DNA of 64,000 nt from Balanoglossus misakiensis (taxonomy: Eukaryota > Animalia > Hemichordata): the NCBI GenBank assembly GCA_040954595.2, contig CM082580.2:7728390-7792389 (forward strand), written 5' to 3'. The notes below the pieces were generated by a model that saw only the letters and a program-made list of their open reading frames with translations, was not told where the DNA came from and did not search any database. This document shows, one piece after another, positions 1-15,348 of this stretch. The translations under genes and the position numbers were made by a program. Within the stretch, counting starts at the first letter, position 1, and the number at the start of each line of letters is the position of its first letter.

Positions 1-512
1 GAGATCTTCTCCGTGTTCGCCGTGGTCGTCCAAAGCAGAATCCGCACGCCAGGGGATTCTGTTGTCTTCGGGTAATTTACCAGATCGTTGCGCCTCGTAG
101 AATAATATAGACATGCCAACTGCTAAACCGTAGTCGTAATCTGCAGGCAAAGCATCCAAGAAAATGAATCGCTATCGATCGTTCGAAGAAATTTCACTTT
201 CGATGATCATTTCCAAGTACATGTTAAATTGGTTTACTTCACACGGTAAATAGTTCTCTGAAAATCGCTTTCTCCTCTCATTCAATCTCTTCTTATCTTG
301 TCTCACCTATCCCCCCCCCCTTTCTCTCTCTCTCTCTCACCTCCGGTTGATCGCTTCTTGCGATCATCCTCGTTGTTGTTCTCGTTTTCATCTTCATCTT
401 CATCATCGTCTGGCCAAGTTGGTGGAGGTCCTTCGTATAATTCCGCTTCGGCGATACGAATCGCCGCTACGAAGACGAGACCTAAGAGGGAAAGAAGTAG
501 AACTTTGCCCAT
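1..512 (-). CDS. GH9 endo-beta-1,4-glucanase (cellulase), copy 1; 5' part only, continues beyond left edge
   Basis: Exon 1 (341-512) encodes signal peptide MGKVLLLSLLGLVFVAAIRIAEA plus acidic propeptide ending RKKR-STG, with a GTGAG donor. Exon 2 (<1-140, AG acceptor at 141-142) reads [47 protein letters not shown], the GH9 N-terminal motif. Confidence 0.93.
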
Positions 513-574
513 GTTGACAGCAATCTTTTTCAGTTCACCGTCTGGAGTGTTGCTGGTAGAATCAGGCAGTTGGG

Positions 575-608
575 TTTTTATAGCACCTGTGGACAATCCA
601 CCATTGTC
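575..608 (-). promoter_or_regulatory. TATA box plus conserved upstream ACAATGG (Sox-like) motif of GH9 copy 1
   Basis: TATAAAA on the minus strand at ~575-582 and CATTGT at 602-607; same spacing as in copy 2. Confidence 0.55.
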
Positions 609-1420
609 CAAAGCGTAGTGGAAAGCACACACACACACCGCGTATCGGACAAACAAGAACAAAATTAACCAATTGTTGAAGTTGCACGAACCGCTGCGGT
701 CGTTAATCGGAGACTCGCAGCACGCTCCAGTCATTTTTTGCCGCCATTTACAAAAAAATGTGCAAACTCAGCACCCACCACTAAAGACATGAAATTAAAC
801 ACATATTTAATTTATGTCGTAACGAGCCCCGAGTGGGTCTTTGTTTGTCGCTCCTGGGTACAATCCCATTAAAACGTGATCGGTATTTGCAAAGATTGAA
901 GTCGTCTCGGGACATTTCCGAGTCTTTTCTTTTCGCAGACAACACGTTAATCTACCGAAAGAATCGGCGCAACCGCAGTAAAAAACAACTGAACAACCGC
1001 TCACCGCTGGCATTCAGACTCAATAGCGAACTATGGGGGTGTTCATTCCCAGTTTACAATTGCCGATCACATCTCCCCGGATCGTGTATGTCTAGACAGA
1101 CGCATGCATTAGAAAAGGCCTTTAAAAAATAGGCGATATAAAAACATTCTGCATGCAGGTCCATTGTTTGAAAGATTTTAATGGATAACTGCAGTGGTCC
1201 TAAGTAGAACTGTAATTTTTTTTTACGGTGAGTGGTTGCTTAAAGATTTTATGGGTCTTTTGATTGATCATATTCTTCCGTCGTTTCAGCCTAGCCGAAG
1301 TAGAATCGTGCCTGGCGAATCAGCTCGCCGGTTCGAAGCTGGAGCAGAAAGGAGGGAAGGAAGTAGCACAGTGTGAGTCTTTATACGGCTGATCAAATAT
1401 TGGATATAATGATTGCATAC

Positions 1421-1503
1421 CACACCACGCCACGCCACATAATATCACACCACACCACACCACATCACACCACACCACACCACACCACATCACATCACAT
1501 CAC
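1421..1503. repeat. Imperfect (CACAC/CACAT)n pentanucleotide microsatellite
   Basis: Read directly from the sequence. Confidence 0.9.
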
Positions 1504-3078
1504 AAGATCGCAACGCATGTTCCTACTACGTGTTTTTCTCAGCAAAGATATTGTCTTGCGGCGCGCGGGAGCTAGCCCTCACAGTCACATTGCCGGAAAT
1601 CTCCCAGTACACTAAATTTAATATGGGTTTGTAGTTGTTATACTCCACTCAATTTTTTTGGTAATATAGAATATATAAACACAATTTATTGCTATCATAT
1701 TTTAATATTTCATTCGAAACAAGAGTCTACCTGCCAGTTGGGAAAAGGCTGTATTGTTTTACGTTAAATGCCTTTATTGACATTGCTTTAACGGTCGACG
1801 AATGATTAACTCAAATTCGAGTAAAATTTCTTCCCCGGATCGGCCGCTGTGATCGTGAGTAATATTTGACGCCTGTCCCGCACATGCGTTCATTGACCCA
1901 CAGTCCCTCTTTCTTGGGGGACTGTGATAGACCCTAGGGTCTACGCTGCGATGAGCGAAGTCAATGTCAACTCCAAGAAATTAGCACGATAAAAGGTGCT
2001 ACGGTATAGTGCTTGCATTGTATGTGGCATTATGTGCATGGAAAGTCCGGTGCGAATGGACCCCGGGTTGAGTTTCCGTGATATTTCCGAGTTCACAGTA
2101 TTTACTCGCATGTTTGCTCCGTATGAAGTATTACCACGGTAGGCCTACATGTATTTACAAGCTATCGGTGTTAGTTTGGTTGAAAATATTTTCGCTTTCC
2201 TCGAGGTTTAGGTTTTAATTGATGCCTTTGGTGTCCTAATGCGCATGTGCTATTCGCTGTCTAACAGCCCATTGTAGAATAGCGAATGAACGAACTCACT
2301 ATTGACGTGGGTCTGTATTATCATAGTTGGCATATGTAGCGCCAATCTGAGTGAGGCAGTTAATGCATTCGGATGGGATAACTATCAGCTTAACCACGAT
2401 TTATAATACGCACTCATGGTAAAATTCATGTACACGTGTATAATATTTATTGACATAAAGCCCACAAACAAAAAGAGGATCTCTTCATTTAAGCCATCAG
2501 TTCTGCAGTGGCATACGGACTGTCTTCAGCTCGCGATCAGGTATTTATCTTTACAGGTGACCATTATTTTTCCTGTACTACACAAATATTCAATTACCCT
2601 GTTTAAAAAAATCGAACCTTGCAACTCTGAAAAGTCTTTATACTGGTGGCATGGTTGACAGTATTCATGGCAGATTCATCCACAATCGGTTCCTCGGTTT
2701 TCTGCAGTATTTGATCTTCACATTTTCTCGTAGATCTCGCGGTCTTGTTAATTGACAGCAGTGCGCAACCAATACATCACAGTACTAGATATTTCATTGA
2801 ATACAAATCCGTAGTTATCCTTCCCCTTATAAAAAAGAGTCGGCTGGGTTTGGTAAGGCAAGGTTCATCGGTGATGAATGATGTGGGTTTTTTTTCTGTA
2901 ACCTATTGAGCTAGCAAGTTATAGCAGTGCATTCTCGGTGGCATCTAGATAAAAATAGTGAAGTAATCAGCTGTAGTGTATTCATGGCAGGTATGTTTAG
3001 GGGGTCGTATCTGGTCCAGGTGTGGTGACGTCATTATGTAAAGTTCATATATCCGTCCGAATCTTCATTTACTGGCAT

Positions 3079-6852
<3,774 letters not shown>

Positions 6853-6905
6853 GTTGTCGGTGAACACACCGTCTCCAGAGTGGTTTGCAGAGGCGACCGG
6901 TCTGC

Positions 6906-6938
6906 TTTTATAACATTTGTAGAAAATCAACCATTGTC
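6906..6938 (-). promoter_or_regulatory. TATA box plus conserved ACAATGG (Sox-like) motif of GH9 copy 2
   Basis: TATAAAA on the minus strand at 6906-6912 and CATTGT at 6932-6937. Confidence 0.55.
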
Positions 6939-7912
6939 ACTTACTACAAGTGAGGGATAACTATCACTTTGAAAGAGCACATAAATAATACAATCGCAAA
7001 AAAATCATTCTATTCATAAGACAATGTAGTGCGCTCACTGCAGTGTCCTCTTCAGATATCAACGACGAGGAAGTCACGCGACAGTAGTCATAGATAAAGT
7101 CGTATGTGAATTATCGCATTTCTATGTCCGTTTACGCACGTGGGTTCTGTTTCTATCATAGTGGTCGATTCGAATTCCGGTTTTCAATGATTTTATAGCC
7201 ATTTGCAGAAAATGCTAAACTACCACAGGAGACGTACATTAAATGTAATTTTTAATTTTAGTAAAGAGTCTCTTGTGCATACAATCCTGTTAATTTATGA
7301 TCAATAGAAAACACTCTCCAATTTACTTCTCATAAATAAAACGCAATCTGGCGAAAAATGGCGTAGTCAGAGTTGTAAATGAACGGCCCCATACTGCGCA
7401 GACTCAGCGACCAAGGAGAGAGCTCATTCAGACTTTACCGTAAAACGCCGCATCTCATATCTCATCATATAGTATAATTTCCACATGGATGCCTTCGTTA
7501 TACTCGACTACAATCCTTGCAATGTAGAAGCATTCGACGTATACAAGTCTCATGCTTGAATATTTTAGTAGCAACATGCCGAGAGCACAGAAGAACCATA
7601 TTTTTTCATGATGAGTGATCGTTAAGAGTTTTTTAATGAAAGTTTTGATTTATCAAGTTTTCCTACGCTTCTGAGGCACATTAAATCATGTCTAATAAAT
7701 CATTTTGTCCTCTCGAAGATTTCTTTGTCACGTCGGCCTCCAAGGAGGTCTCTAACCGCAATGGTTCGACGCCACACTGGCTTCAGATGGTGTTTCCTCT
7801 TTGCTAAACAGTTGAGGGCGCATCCGTCAGTGTGCAACAGAGCCTCGTAGCGGACCGTGGCCGTGGGCTGTTAGATACTCTGATAAAGAGGTATACTTCC
7901 GTCTCAGAAAAT

Positions 7913-10860
7913 ATGGACTCCCAGTCATTCGGAAATCTCTGCGATCGAGTCGAGAAAGTAAGTACAGGTATACGCAATTTCCGTGAGACAGCACAAATTT
8001 ATTTTTTGTATTTTTCTGACAATTTGACTTAAATTACTCGAAGAACTAGAAATCTGGAGGCAGGTGTTCAACGTTCATGTAATTATTCACCAACGCGAAC
8101 GTTCATTAGCTATTCACACCTTCAATCTCGATCTGGATGAAATAACACTTTTTGATCTCATGGGCCTATTTCTCGATATTTTTTCCGTTTCCAGTCCAGT
8201 TTACCGTATTCCAAGTTATCTACAATAACAAGCTCGCCAGGGGTTTTCGCTGTTGACCAGGTAAATATACATTGTACTCACAATAGATTGAATTTGTTCA
8301 GGAATAGAGTCAATGCGTGTTGTCGTTAAAACGTCTCGGAGTGTTTTGTTTATACTTACGTAACAGTTGCCATGGAGCCGTACAGACGCCGTGTTCATTC
8401 GACGCGTGCGCAGTATGTTTTCAGCTGCATTTTCGTAATAAGCTCATCAGTATTAATGTGACGTATTTTATTTATCTCGGCGTTTAACAGGTTGGAATTT
8501 TATTAAAACTGATAAATGACAATGGAACTAAGCTGTCGTGTTTGTCAGCTTTGTGTCCAAGGGTGAGTCACGTTTAATTATATAATCTGAGTTTGGGCCT
8601 TTGAGGCACCATCAATCATCATCATCACCACCATAACCATCGCCACCACCACCACCACCACCACCACCACCACTTCTTATGAAGAACAAAGCGTATAGAC
8701 CGTCTGTGTAGCACCTTGATGACGTCATAACATAAAACGTGGTGATAACGCTGATATCTATCCGTCTAACCTTCAGAGAATGCTCGCCTGTAGTTGCGCA
8801 GAAGGCAGAAACGTCATCAAAGAAATCAAGTACAGCTCCGACAAAGTGGACGCCTTGAAAATACTCGTCAGGTAAGAGAATCTCGGGAAGGTGCTGATAG
8901 AATATGACGCCCTCATATGACGGTCCACATGTCTGGTCGCCCGTGGAAGATTTGGCACAGTTATGAATCAGTCTGTTTGTTTTACCAGATGCATTTCAGA
9001 CCCTGAAAATTATGAAGAATTATTATCAGAATTACCATTCCAAGAAGAAAAGGCGAAAGCTAAGAAAGTTTTGGAACAGGTGAGTTATTGAATTATGAAC
9101 AGAATGACAGTTCAGCACCTCCGTTTTTAAAGCTGTATATATTAATTTTACGAAACTTAATTTCAATTATCCATTGCAGAATTTATCAACCGTGTTTCAT
9201 TTACTCAATCGACACCGCGGGAAGACAAATTTATATGATAAGTTGTAATTATAAAATTTGGACTGAGAAATGTGTGTTTTCTTTTTTTGCGGAACTATAC
9301 AAGGCGGCGCGGAGAGGTGATGCCCCGGCACACGGATCGGTTCCATCAAACTGCCCGTCAAGACCATCTTCGGCGGTTTCCGTCAAGTCTGTAACTCGTA
9401 AAGTAGGTATCACTTGATTTACACAGTTGGCTCGTCCGTCAGCGCAACCTTTATACGTATAGTATTGTTATACCATAGTTGACCATTTATGACGCGTCCA
9501 GAATAGCACGGGCCGTGAATAGCGAAGTCCCCGTATGCGTCCGTCCTCATTCGCCGAAAGTAAAGTCACGTGACACGGTTGCTACGCGTCATTTGTTTGG
9601 AAGTTCCATCATCATACATTCGATGTGATCGATCTTCAGCAGACAAAGCGCTGTTTTGTATGCAAGCAAAATATTTTCGTAGCTTTACCGATTTCGCGAC
9701 TGAAAAGATGGGAAACTGCAGATCTCGCTCAAAAGCCGACTCTATGCGAGGTGAAGATGTGGATAGACAACGTAAAAGGTACGTGATGAAGTTAATTTTA
9801 TCCGCTTCATAACTTTCATACACGGCCGCTGACCTACCGTGCGACGGCTTCAACTCCGCGAATTTATGATAACTTTACAGTCCCTTTCCCAGAAACACCC
9901 AGAGAAAAACACTTTCACCTAGACCGCTACTCACATATGACTTGTCAATGTTTAATTCTTCACACATCATTCCAAGGAAAGTAGTTTTGATCTATCAATT
10001 TATAAAAAATATTAACGCATCTTGCTTTGCTACATTTTGGCTCCGTATAGTCTTACTCTGTTATCGTCGAGTCCTATTTCGAAAATATCATGTTTTTTGT
10101 TTTGATTTCCTGTAGTGAACATGGTGAAGAGAGGAATCTTACAGAAGAAATGGCTGAAAACTTAAGAGAATTGTATCAGCAAATAAGATGTATTCAAGAA
10201 CAGACCAGGGGAAAGAAAAGGCGTCCTTTCTTATCCAGGAGGCGCAGATCTCAGGCTGATAAGTATAAAGTACCACAAGATGTCGACCGTGCCATCGCAG
10301 AGATGCGCAGGTGTGTCCAGAATCTCCTCGAAGAAAATGGTCAACTGCGAGCGGAGAGAGACAGGGACGAAAAGCAACTCAGGTCAGAAGTGAAAGCAAG
10401 CACCGTCGATTCTTCGAAGGCCGAAAATCGCAAACTAACCGCGGCGGTCGAAGGGCTGAAAGCAGAACTGGTGAAGCCCGTGTCAGAAAGAAGAGGTTCG
10501 CAAGATTTGCAGAGAGGTGGTGTCAAACGTGGAGACAGCGTGTCCAATGATGATGGACTCTCGCGAGGCAGAACCGGGGATGGAGTCGCCGCAGCGAACG
10601 GTTCTAGCCTCCAAAATGGCGACAGGAAACGCGACGACGAAGCAGAGGCATTGGTCGAAACCAACCGCAGACTGAAGAACATGGTGTTCTCCCTCAAGAG
10701 AAGCCACACCAGACAGAGCAGGAAACTGCAGGCGGTGACGAGAGAGTGCGACGAACTGAGGCGACAGAAAGTTCGGCAGGATAATGATCATGATGACGTC
10801 GATGTTGGCGGACAAAACAGTGTTTTAAAGGCCATGTTTAGCAGATTGGTGCAGAAATAG
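7913..10860 (+). CDS. PROSER1-like DUF4476-domain protein with C-terminal coiled coil (~463 aa)
   Basis: Exons 7913-7957, 8195-8260, 8491-8562, 8777-8871, 8989-9079, 9304-9406, 9604-9778, 10116-10860 (1392 nt, in frame). The N-terminus MDSQSFGNLCDRVEK|SSLPYSKLSTITSSPGVFAVDQ|VGILLK...|...YSSDKVDALKILVR|CISDPENYEELL...EEKAKAKKVLEQ|AARRG...GSVPSNCPSRPS aligns by eye with the PROSER1 N-terminal domain as recalled. The last exon is heptad-rich. Confidence 0.75.
8610..8673. repeat. (CAT/CAC)n trinucleotide microsatellite, intronic
   Basis: Read directly from the sequence. Confidence 0.85.
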
Positions 10861-11447
10861 TCGACTCTCTTTTGAAACCTACCGATGCGTACGGAAAACA
10901 TGAATCCGGCTTCGTGTCTTTAGACATTTGGTGTATATTAAGTCCGGTCCGGGCGACACACATTACTTAATGATCGACGGGAATATATATACAAGGACTC
11001 TAAATGAAAAATAGGCTTTAATTAAGATTGGTTTATTATATTAATTGTGTTTAATCAACAAGCACTTCAGAAATTTGCGAATTTATAAGAACATTTTATT
11101 TTTAAGTATACTATACTGTTTAATCGATTTTACTCGTTTTCTTTCTGTTATCTTGAGTTTATTAAACGTTAAATAAACCTCACAAAACTTATTCGAAAGT
11201 ATGTGTTATTTACTTTGTTCCCTTATATTCAGTTGTTAATGATTGTGTTGAACAACAAAATATTGAGCAATTCTTTTTACGGAATAGAAGAAGAAATCAT
11301 ACCGAAAAGATAAACTACTTCGCCCAACATGAACATAGAGTGGGACATAAATTAATTTTGACTTACCAGCTACATCTTATTGGACAATTCTTGCATCTTT
11401 AATTAAATATAATTTGCCAACGCCCTTTTCTGTTGCTGTATTCACAG

Positions 11448-11853
11448 AATAAAGTGGAGAAGGCTGTCAATCGACTTTTCAACAACTTGGCTGACGCTTA
11501 TGAAAAACGCTACGAGGGCAAGCGTGATTGGGTGCAGCCATACCGCAACGATGAAAGTAAGAATTGTTTATCTACTAAAATATCAGATGTCAACTTCTAC
11601 AAATGTGGAATGTTAGGCATTACTTCTAGTTGAAAAAAAAACGTTCTGTGGATTTTGTTCACCAACAGAATCAATTTTAAATATGAAGCTTTTGGAGGAA
11701 TCCTGCCATGATAATTCAGGTCTTGATTGCAGTTCGGAAGACGAAAAGGCGACGGATCAAGCACCGACCGTGCAAACCGGTAGCTGGGTGACGTCAGAAC
11801 CCCTGGAGCAAACCCAGAGTAGTTCGTTGCCGGCAACCGAAGACAAAACATAA
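11448..11853 (+). other. Two orphan exon-like segments (possible gene remnant or alternative 3' exons)
   Basis: CAG|11448-11556|GTAAG encodes NKVEKAVNRLFNNLADAYEKRYEGKRDWVQPYRNDE. A phase-compatible CAG|11720-11853 encodes SLDCSSEDEKATDQ...ATEDKT-stop. Confidence 0.35.
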
Positions 11854-12175
11854 CCTGATAGAAAATACATGCAATCTAGTTGTCGTACTACCTTTATGTA
11901 AGATTTTGTCATTTCGTAGACGTGCATACAACCAGTACCAGTACTTGATTTACAAAATCAACAGCCACGTTGTACTGACCAGCTTTCTATGCTAGATATC
12001 TGATAATATTTGTCAAAGGAAAGAAATGACATCATGTAACATGGAACAATGCTAAAAACATTTCATGTGTCCTCTTCCACAGTCTGACAAATTCCCCTCC
12101 CCCAAAGACATTGTGGCAACCTTCTTTCTGCCAGTACAAGTTTCGTGTAACTTTAAGGATCACTCATTTCGGACA

Positions 12176-12250
12176 TACTGATTGGTTATTAACTGGTTGA
12201 AAAGAAGCCAATCAGAGACAAGTAAGTGGAACCTAATCTTGGCGGGAAAA
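12176..12250 (+). promoter_or_regulatory. H4 promoter: CCAAT boxes and E2F-like site
   Basis: CTGATTGG at ~12178, GCCAATCAG at ~12208, TTGGCGGGAAAA at ~12239. Confidence 0.55.
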
Positions 12251-12316
12251 CAAACCGAGTATTGACTTTTAAATTAGGGTGTGTTTACTATAGCGTTCGC
12301 AACGCTGTTATAATAG

Positions 12317-12682
<366 letters not shown>

Positions 12683-12709
12683 ATAACCAACTACAAAACC
12701 AAATCAAAC

Positions 12710-12752
12710 GGCCCTTTTCAGGGCCACCACATTCTCCAAAAAGAGAACTACC
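12710..12752 (+). terminator. Histone 3' stem-loop and purine-rich downstream element (H4)
   Basis: GGCCCTTTTCAGGGCC at 12710-12725, followed by ACCACA and CAAAAAGAGAACT. Confidence 0.97.
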
Positions 12753-12818
12753 GACTTCTTTAACTTTATTTACTGGGGGAAAAATTTAGTTGAAAGGTCA
12801 TGGTTATTTTATAGTTAT

Positions 12819-13505
12819 TGGCCGAAAGTGGCTTCATGCAAAGAACTAAAAGAAAAGGTGCTGAAGTTCCTCACCATAGAATTTAAGGCACAATAGTGTA
12901 GGTGATTCACACGAATCAATGAAAAGGTTTATCCTCGTATCTCTGCATGCAATACGTTGTCGCTTCATATTTTATCACGTCGTTCTCGGGGTGGCATGGT
13001 CTGACAATGCAGGTCTGTACGTAAATTAGTGCAGAGGAAAGTGCAAACTCCAGGGGATCTGTAAATTGGCCGCCTATTCAGTATGTGTGAATGCCTCGGA
13101 AAGTGAGTCTCATAGGACATTTGTACATATACAGGACTTTGCTCATTTTTTGCCATCAGTTTTATCGCATATGGTCCGCGTCCGAAAATGGCTTCGTGAA
13201 AAGGAGCCCTAAGAAAGACGATTCAAAGTTCCTCACCATGGATTTTTAGGCTCAAAACACGATTGGCTCCATATTTTAGTGCAGTGATACAAGGATAATT
13301 AAAAAGTTGGTCCGTGAATACATCGTCACTTCACATTTTATCAAGTCGTTCTTGGCCTGCACAAAACAATGACAGTAACGAGTAAAGGAAAGACAAAGGT
13401 CTACACGTTAATTAGAGCAGTGTGGAGGGACTGTGATTCAGTGTAGGTGTGAATGCCTCGGAATGTCTCATACATGTATATGTACATTATTTCTCATTTT
13501 GTTCA
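12819..13505. repeat. Diverged tandem duplication, two ~350-bp units
   Basis: The blocks CCGAAA-TGGCTTC, AAGTTCCTCACCAT, TCA(T/C)ATTTTATCA-GTCGTTCT and GTGTGAATGCCTCGGAA recur about 350-360 bp apart. Confidence 0.8.
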
Positions 13506-13635
13506 ATATCCGGGCCTAACACGAAGCTTATCAGTACAACCAGTTTCTCATGATTAGTCTTGTCTATAATAATGTATAATAATAAAGTACGTTTCGCATT
13601 GTATGTATGTATGTGCTATCATAGTAGTAGACTAG

Positions 13636-13663
13636 TATGTATGTATGTATGTATGTATGTATG

Positions 13664-13692
<29 letters not shown>
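13636..13692. repeat. (TATG)n microsatellite
   Basis: Read directly from the sequence. Confidence 0.95.
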
Positions 13693-13694
<2 letters not shown>

Positions 13695-13700
13695 GATGAT

Positions 13701-13745
13701 ACGGTAGTTCTCTTTTTTGAGGATGTGATGGCCCTGAAAAGGGCC
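13701..13745 (-). terminator. Histone 3' stem-loop and downstream element of H2A (displaced by MITE)
   Basis: Minus strand GGCCCTTTTCAGGGCC at 13730-13745, followed by ATCACA and AAAAAAGAGAACT. Confidence 0.95.
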
Positions 13746-13777
13746 GTTTGGTTTGTGTATGCTGGGCATACGATTTA

Positions 13778-14225
13778 CAGCCGAAATTATGAAAGGTCGC
13801 CGATTCAATATGTGATCTAGACGTCCTGTGTGCACTGAACACACGATGTGTTTATCTAACACAAACAACAGAACCTCTCATAAAAGAGATGCGGTATCAT
13901 TAGACTAATTACAGATGGTAGTCTGGAAACACGCTCCCCCTCAGAGAGAGTTGTTTACTTGGGTACACTCTCAACATAAAGCGTATACACTTTGAGATTA
14001 AACTTTGACATCCGTGTTACAAGAGAATAAAGTTTCAAATAAACAACTCTCTCTGAGGGGGGGGGGGGGCGTGTTTCCAGACTACCATCTGTAATTAGTC
14101 TAATGATACCGCATCTCATTTATGAGAGGTTCTGTTGTTTGTGTTAGATAAACACATCGTGTGTTCAGTGCACACAGGACGTCTAGATCACATATTGAAT
14201 CGGCGACCTTTCATAATTTCGGCTG
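13778..14225. mobile_element. 448-bp palindromic MITE (Tc1/mariner-type, TA target-site duplication)
   Basis: Arms 13778-13957 and 14040-14225 are near-perfect inverted repeats (CAGCCGAAATTATGAAAGG...CCTTTCATAATTTCGGCTG) around an 82-bp spacer. TA lies at 13776-13777 and at 14226-14227. Confidence 0.93.
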
Positions 14226-14602
14226 TACTTGGATTTGGCTTGGGTCTTCTTGGGCAAGAGTACAGCCTGGATGTTTGGCAATACACCACCCTGGGCGATG
14301 GTCACACCACCAAGAAGCTTGTTCAATTCCTCGTCATTACGGACAGCCAACTGCAAGTGACGGGGGATGATTCTGGTCTTCTTGTTGTCTCGGGCGGCGT
14401 TGCCGGCCAACTCGAGGATTTCAGCGGCCAAGTACTCGAGCACTGCAGCCAAGTAGACTGGAGCACCAGCACCGACACGCTGGGCGTAGTTGCCCTTGCG
14501 CAAGAAACGGTGCACACGACCCACGGGGAACTGCAGACCAGCACGGCTGGATCGGCTCTTGGCCTTACCCTTAGCTTTGCCTCCTTTACCACGTCCAGAC
14601 AT
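14183..14602 (-). CDS. H2A: Histone H2A with 14-aa MITE-derived C-terminal extension
   Basis: Canonical [29 protein letters not shown]...[11 protein letters not shown], then [14 protein letters not shown]-stop encoded by the inserted element. Confidence 0.97.
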   Translation of the reverse strand: MSGRGKGGKAKGKAKSRSSRAGLQFPVGRVHRFLRKGNYAQRVGAGAPVYLAAVLEYLAAEILELAGNAARDNKKTRIIPRHLQLAVRNDEELNKLLGGVTIAQGGVLPNIQAVLLPKKTQAKSKYSRNYERSPIQYVI

Positions 14603-14906
14603 TTTGTGTTTAGCTTGAGAGAGAAATTCAAACTGTTGAATTTGGCGCCCAAGCAAGGCCTATTTATACAGTATGATCGGATTCAGGCCAAGGATAAACT
14701 CGACCAATCAGTTGAAAGAGTTAAGTATTAACAAAGGACATATGTACTTAAGTGCTTAACATTAACCACTCCCCATTCGCAGCATGCCCCACTCGTTTGG
14801 CTTCCCGCCTAAAGCGTTGAATCCTTCATTTGCATGCGTTTTGCTATAAATGGAGACCACTTCCCTTTGGCAGGCATTCTGAACTTCTCAAGCATAGTCG
14901 TTCATC
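14603..14906. promoter_or_regulatory. Bidirectional H2A/H2B promoter
   Basis: Genes are divergent. TATAAATA on minus at ~14661-14668, CCAATCA at ~14705, TTCCCGCC at ~14802, TATAAA on plus at ~14845. Confidence 0.75.
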
Positions 14907-15275
14907 ATGCCTCCCAAAGCCAGTGGAAAAGCCGCCAAGAAGGCCGGTAAGGCCAAAGCCGCTCGCTCCGGCGACAAGAAGAGGAAGAGGCGAAGGAAGG
15001 AAAGCTATGGTATCTACATCTACAAGGTCCTGAAACAGGTCCACCCCGATACTGGTGTCTCCTCCAAAGCCATGTCTATCATGAACAGCTTTGTCAACGA
15101 CATCTTCGAGCGTATCGCCGCCGAAGCTTCCCGCTTGGCCCACTACAACAAGCGTTCCACCATCACCAGCAGAGAGATCCAGACCGCTGTCCGTCTCTTG
15201 CTGCCCGGTGAACTTGCCAAGCACGCCGTCAGTGAGGGCACCAAGGCCGTCACCAAATACACCAGCTCCAAGTAA
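14907..15275 (+). CDS. H2B: Histone H2B
   Basis: [14 protein letters not shown]...[21 protein letters not shown]...AVTKYTSSK, intronless. Confidence 0.99.
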   Translation: MPPKASGKAAKKAGKAKAARSGDKKRKRRRKESYGIYIYKVLKQVHPDTGVSSKAMSIMNSFVNDIFERIAAEASRLAHYNKRSTITSREIQTAVRLLLPGELAKHAVSEGTKAVTKYTSSK

Positions 15276-15304
15276 ATCGTATGCCCAGCGTACACATACC
15301 AAAC

Positions 15305-15348
15305 GGCCCTTTTCAGGGCCACCACATTCTCCAAAAAGAGAACTACCG
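15305..15348 (+). terminator. Histone 3' stem-loop and downstream element (H2B)
   Basis: GGCCCTTTTCAGGGCC at 15305-15320, followed by ACCACA and CAAAAAGAGAACT. Confidence 0.97.

Noticed and set aside
298-734. ORFs 298-618 (+) and the upstream-extended 303-734 (-)
   Set aside because: Antisense shadow and read-through of GH9 exon 1; the real start is the ATG at 512.
1899-1926. Hairpin CACAGTCCC-N10-GGGACTGTG
   Set aside because: A 9-bp stem only, with no Helitron CTRR end or other context I could support.
13564-14731. Duplicated ORFs MFVLDKHIVCS... and [11 protein letters not shown]... on both strands
   Set aside because: Produced by the two arms of the palindromic MITE and by antisense H2A.
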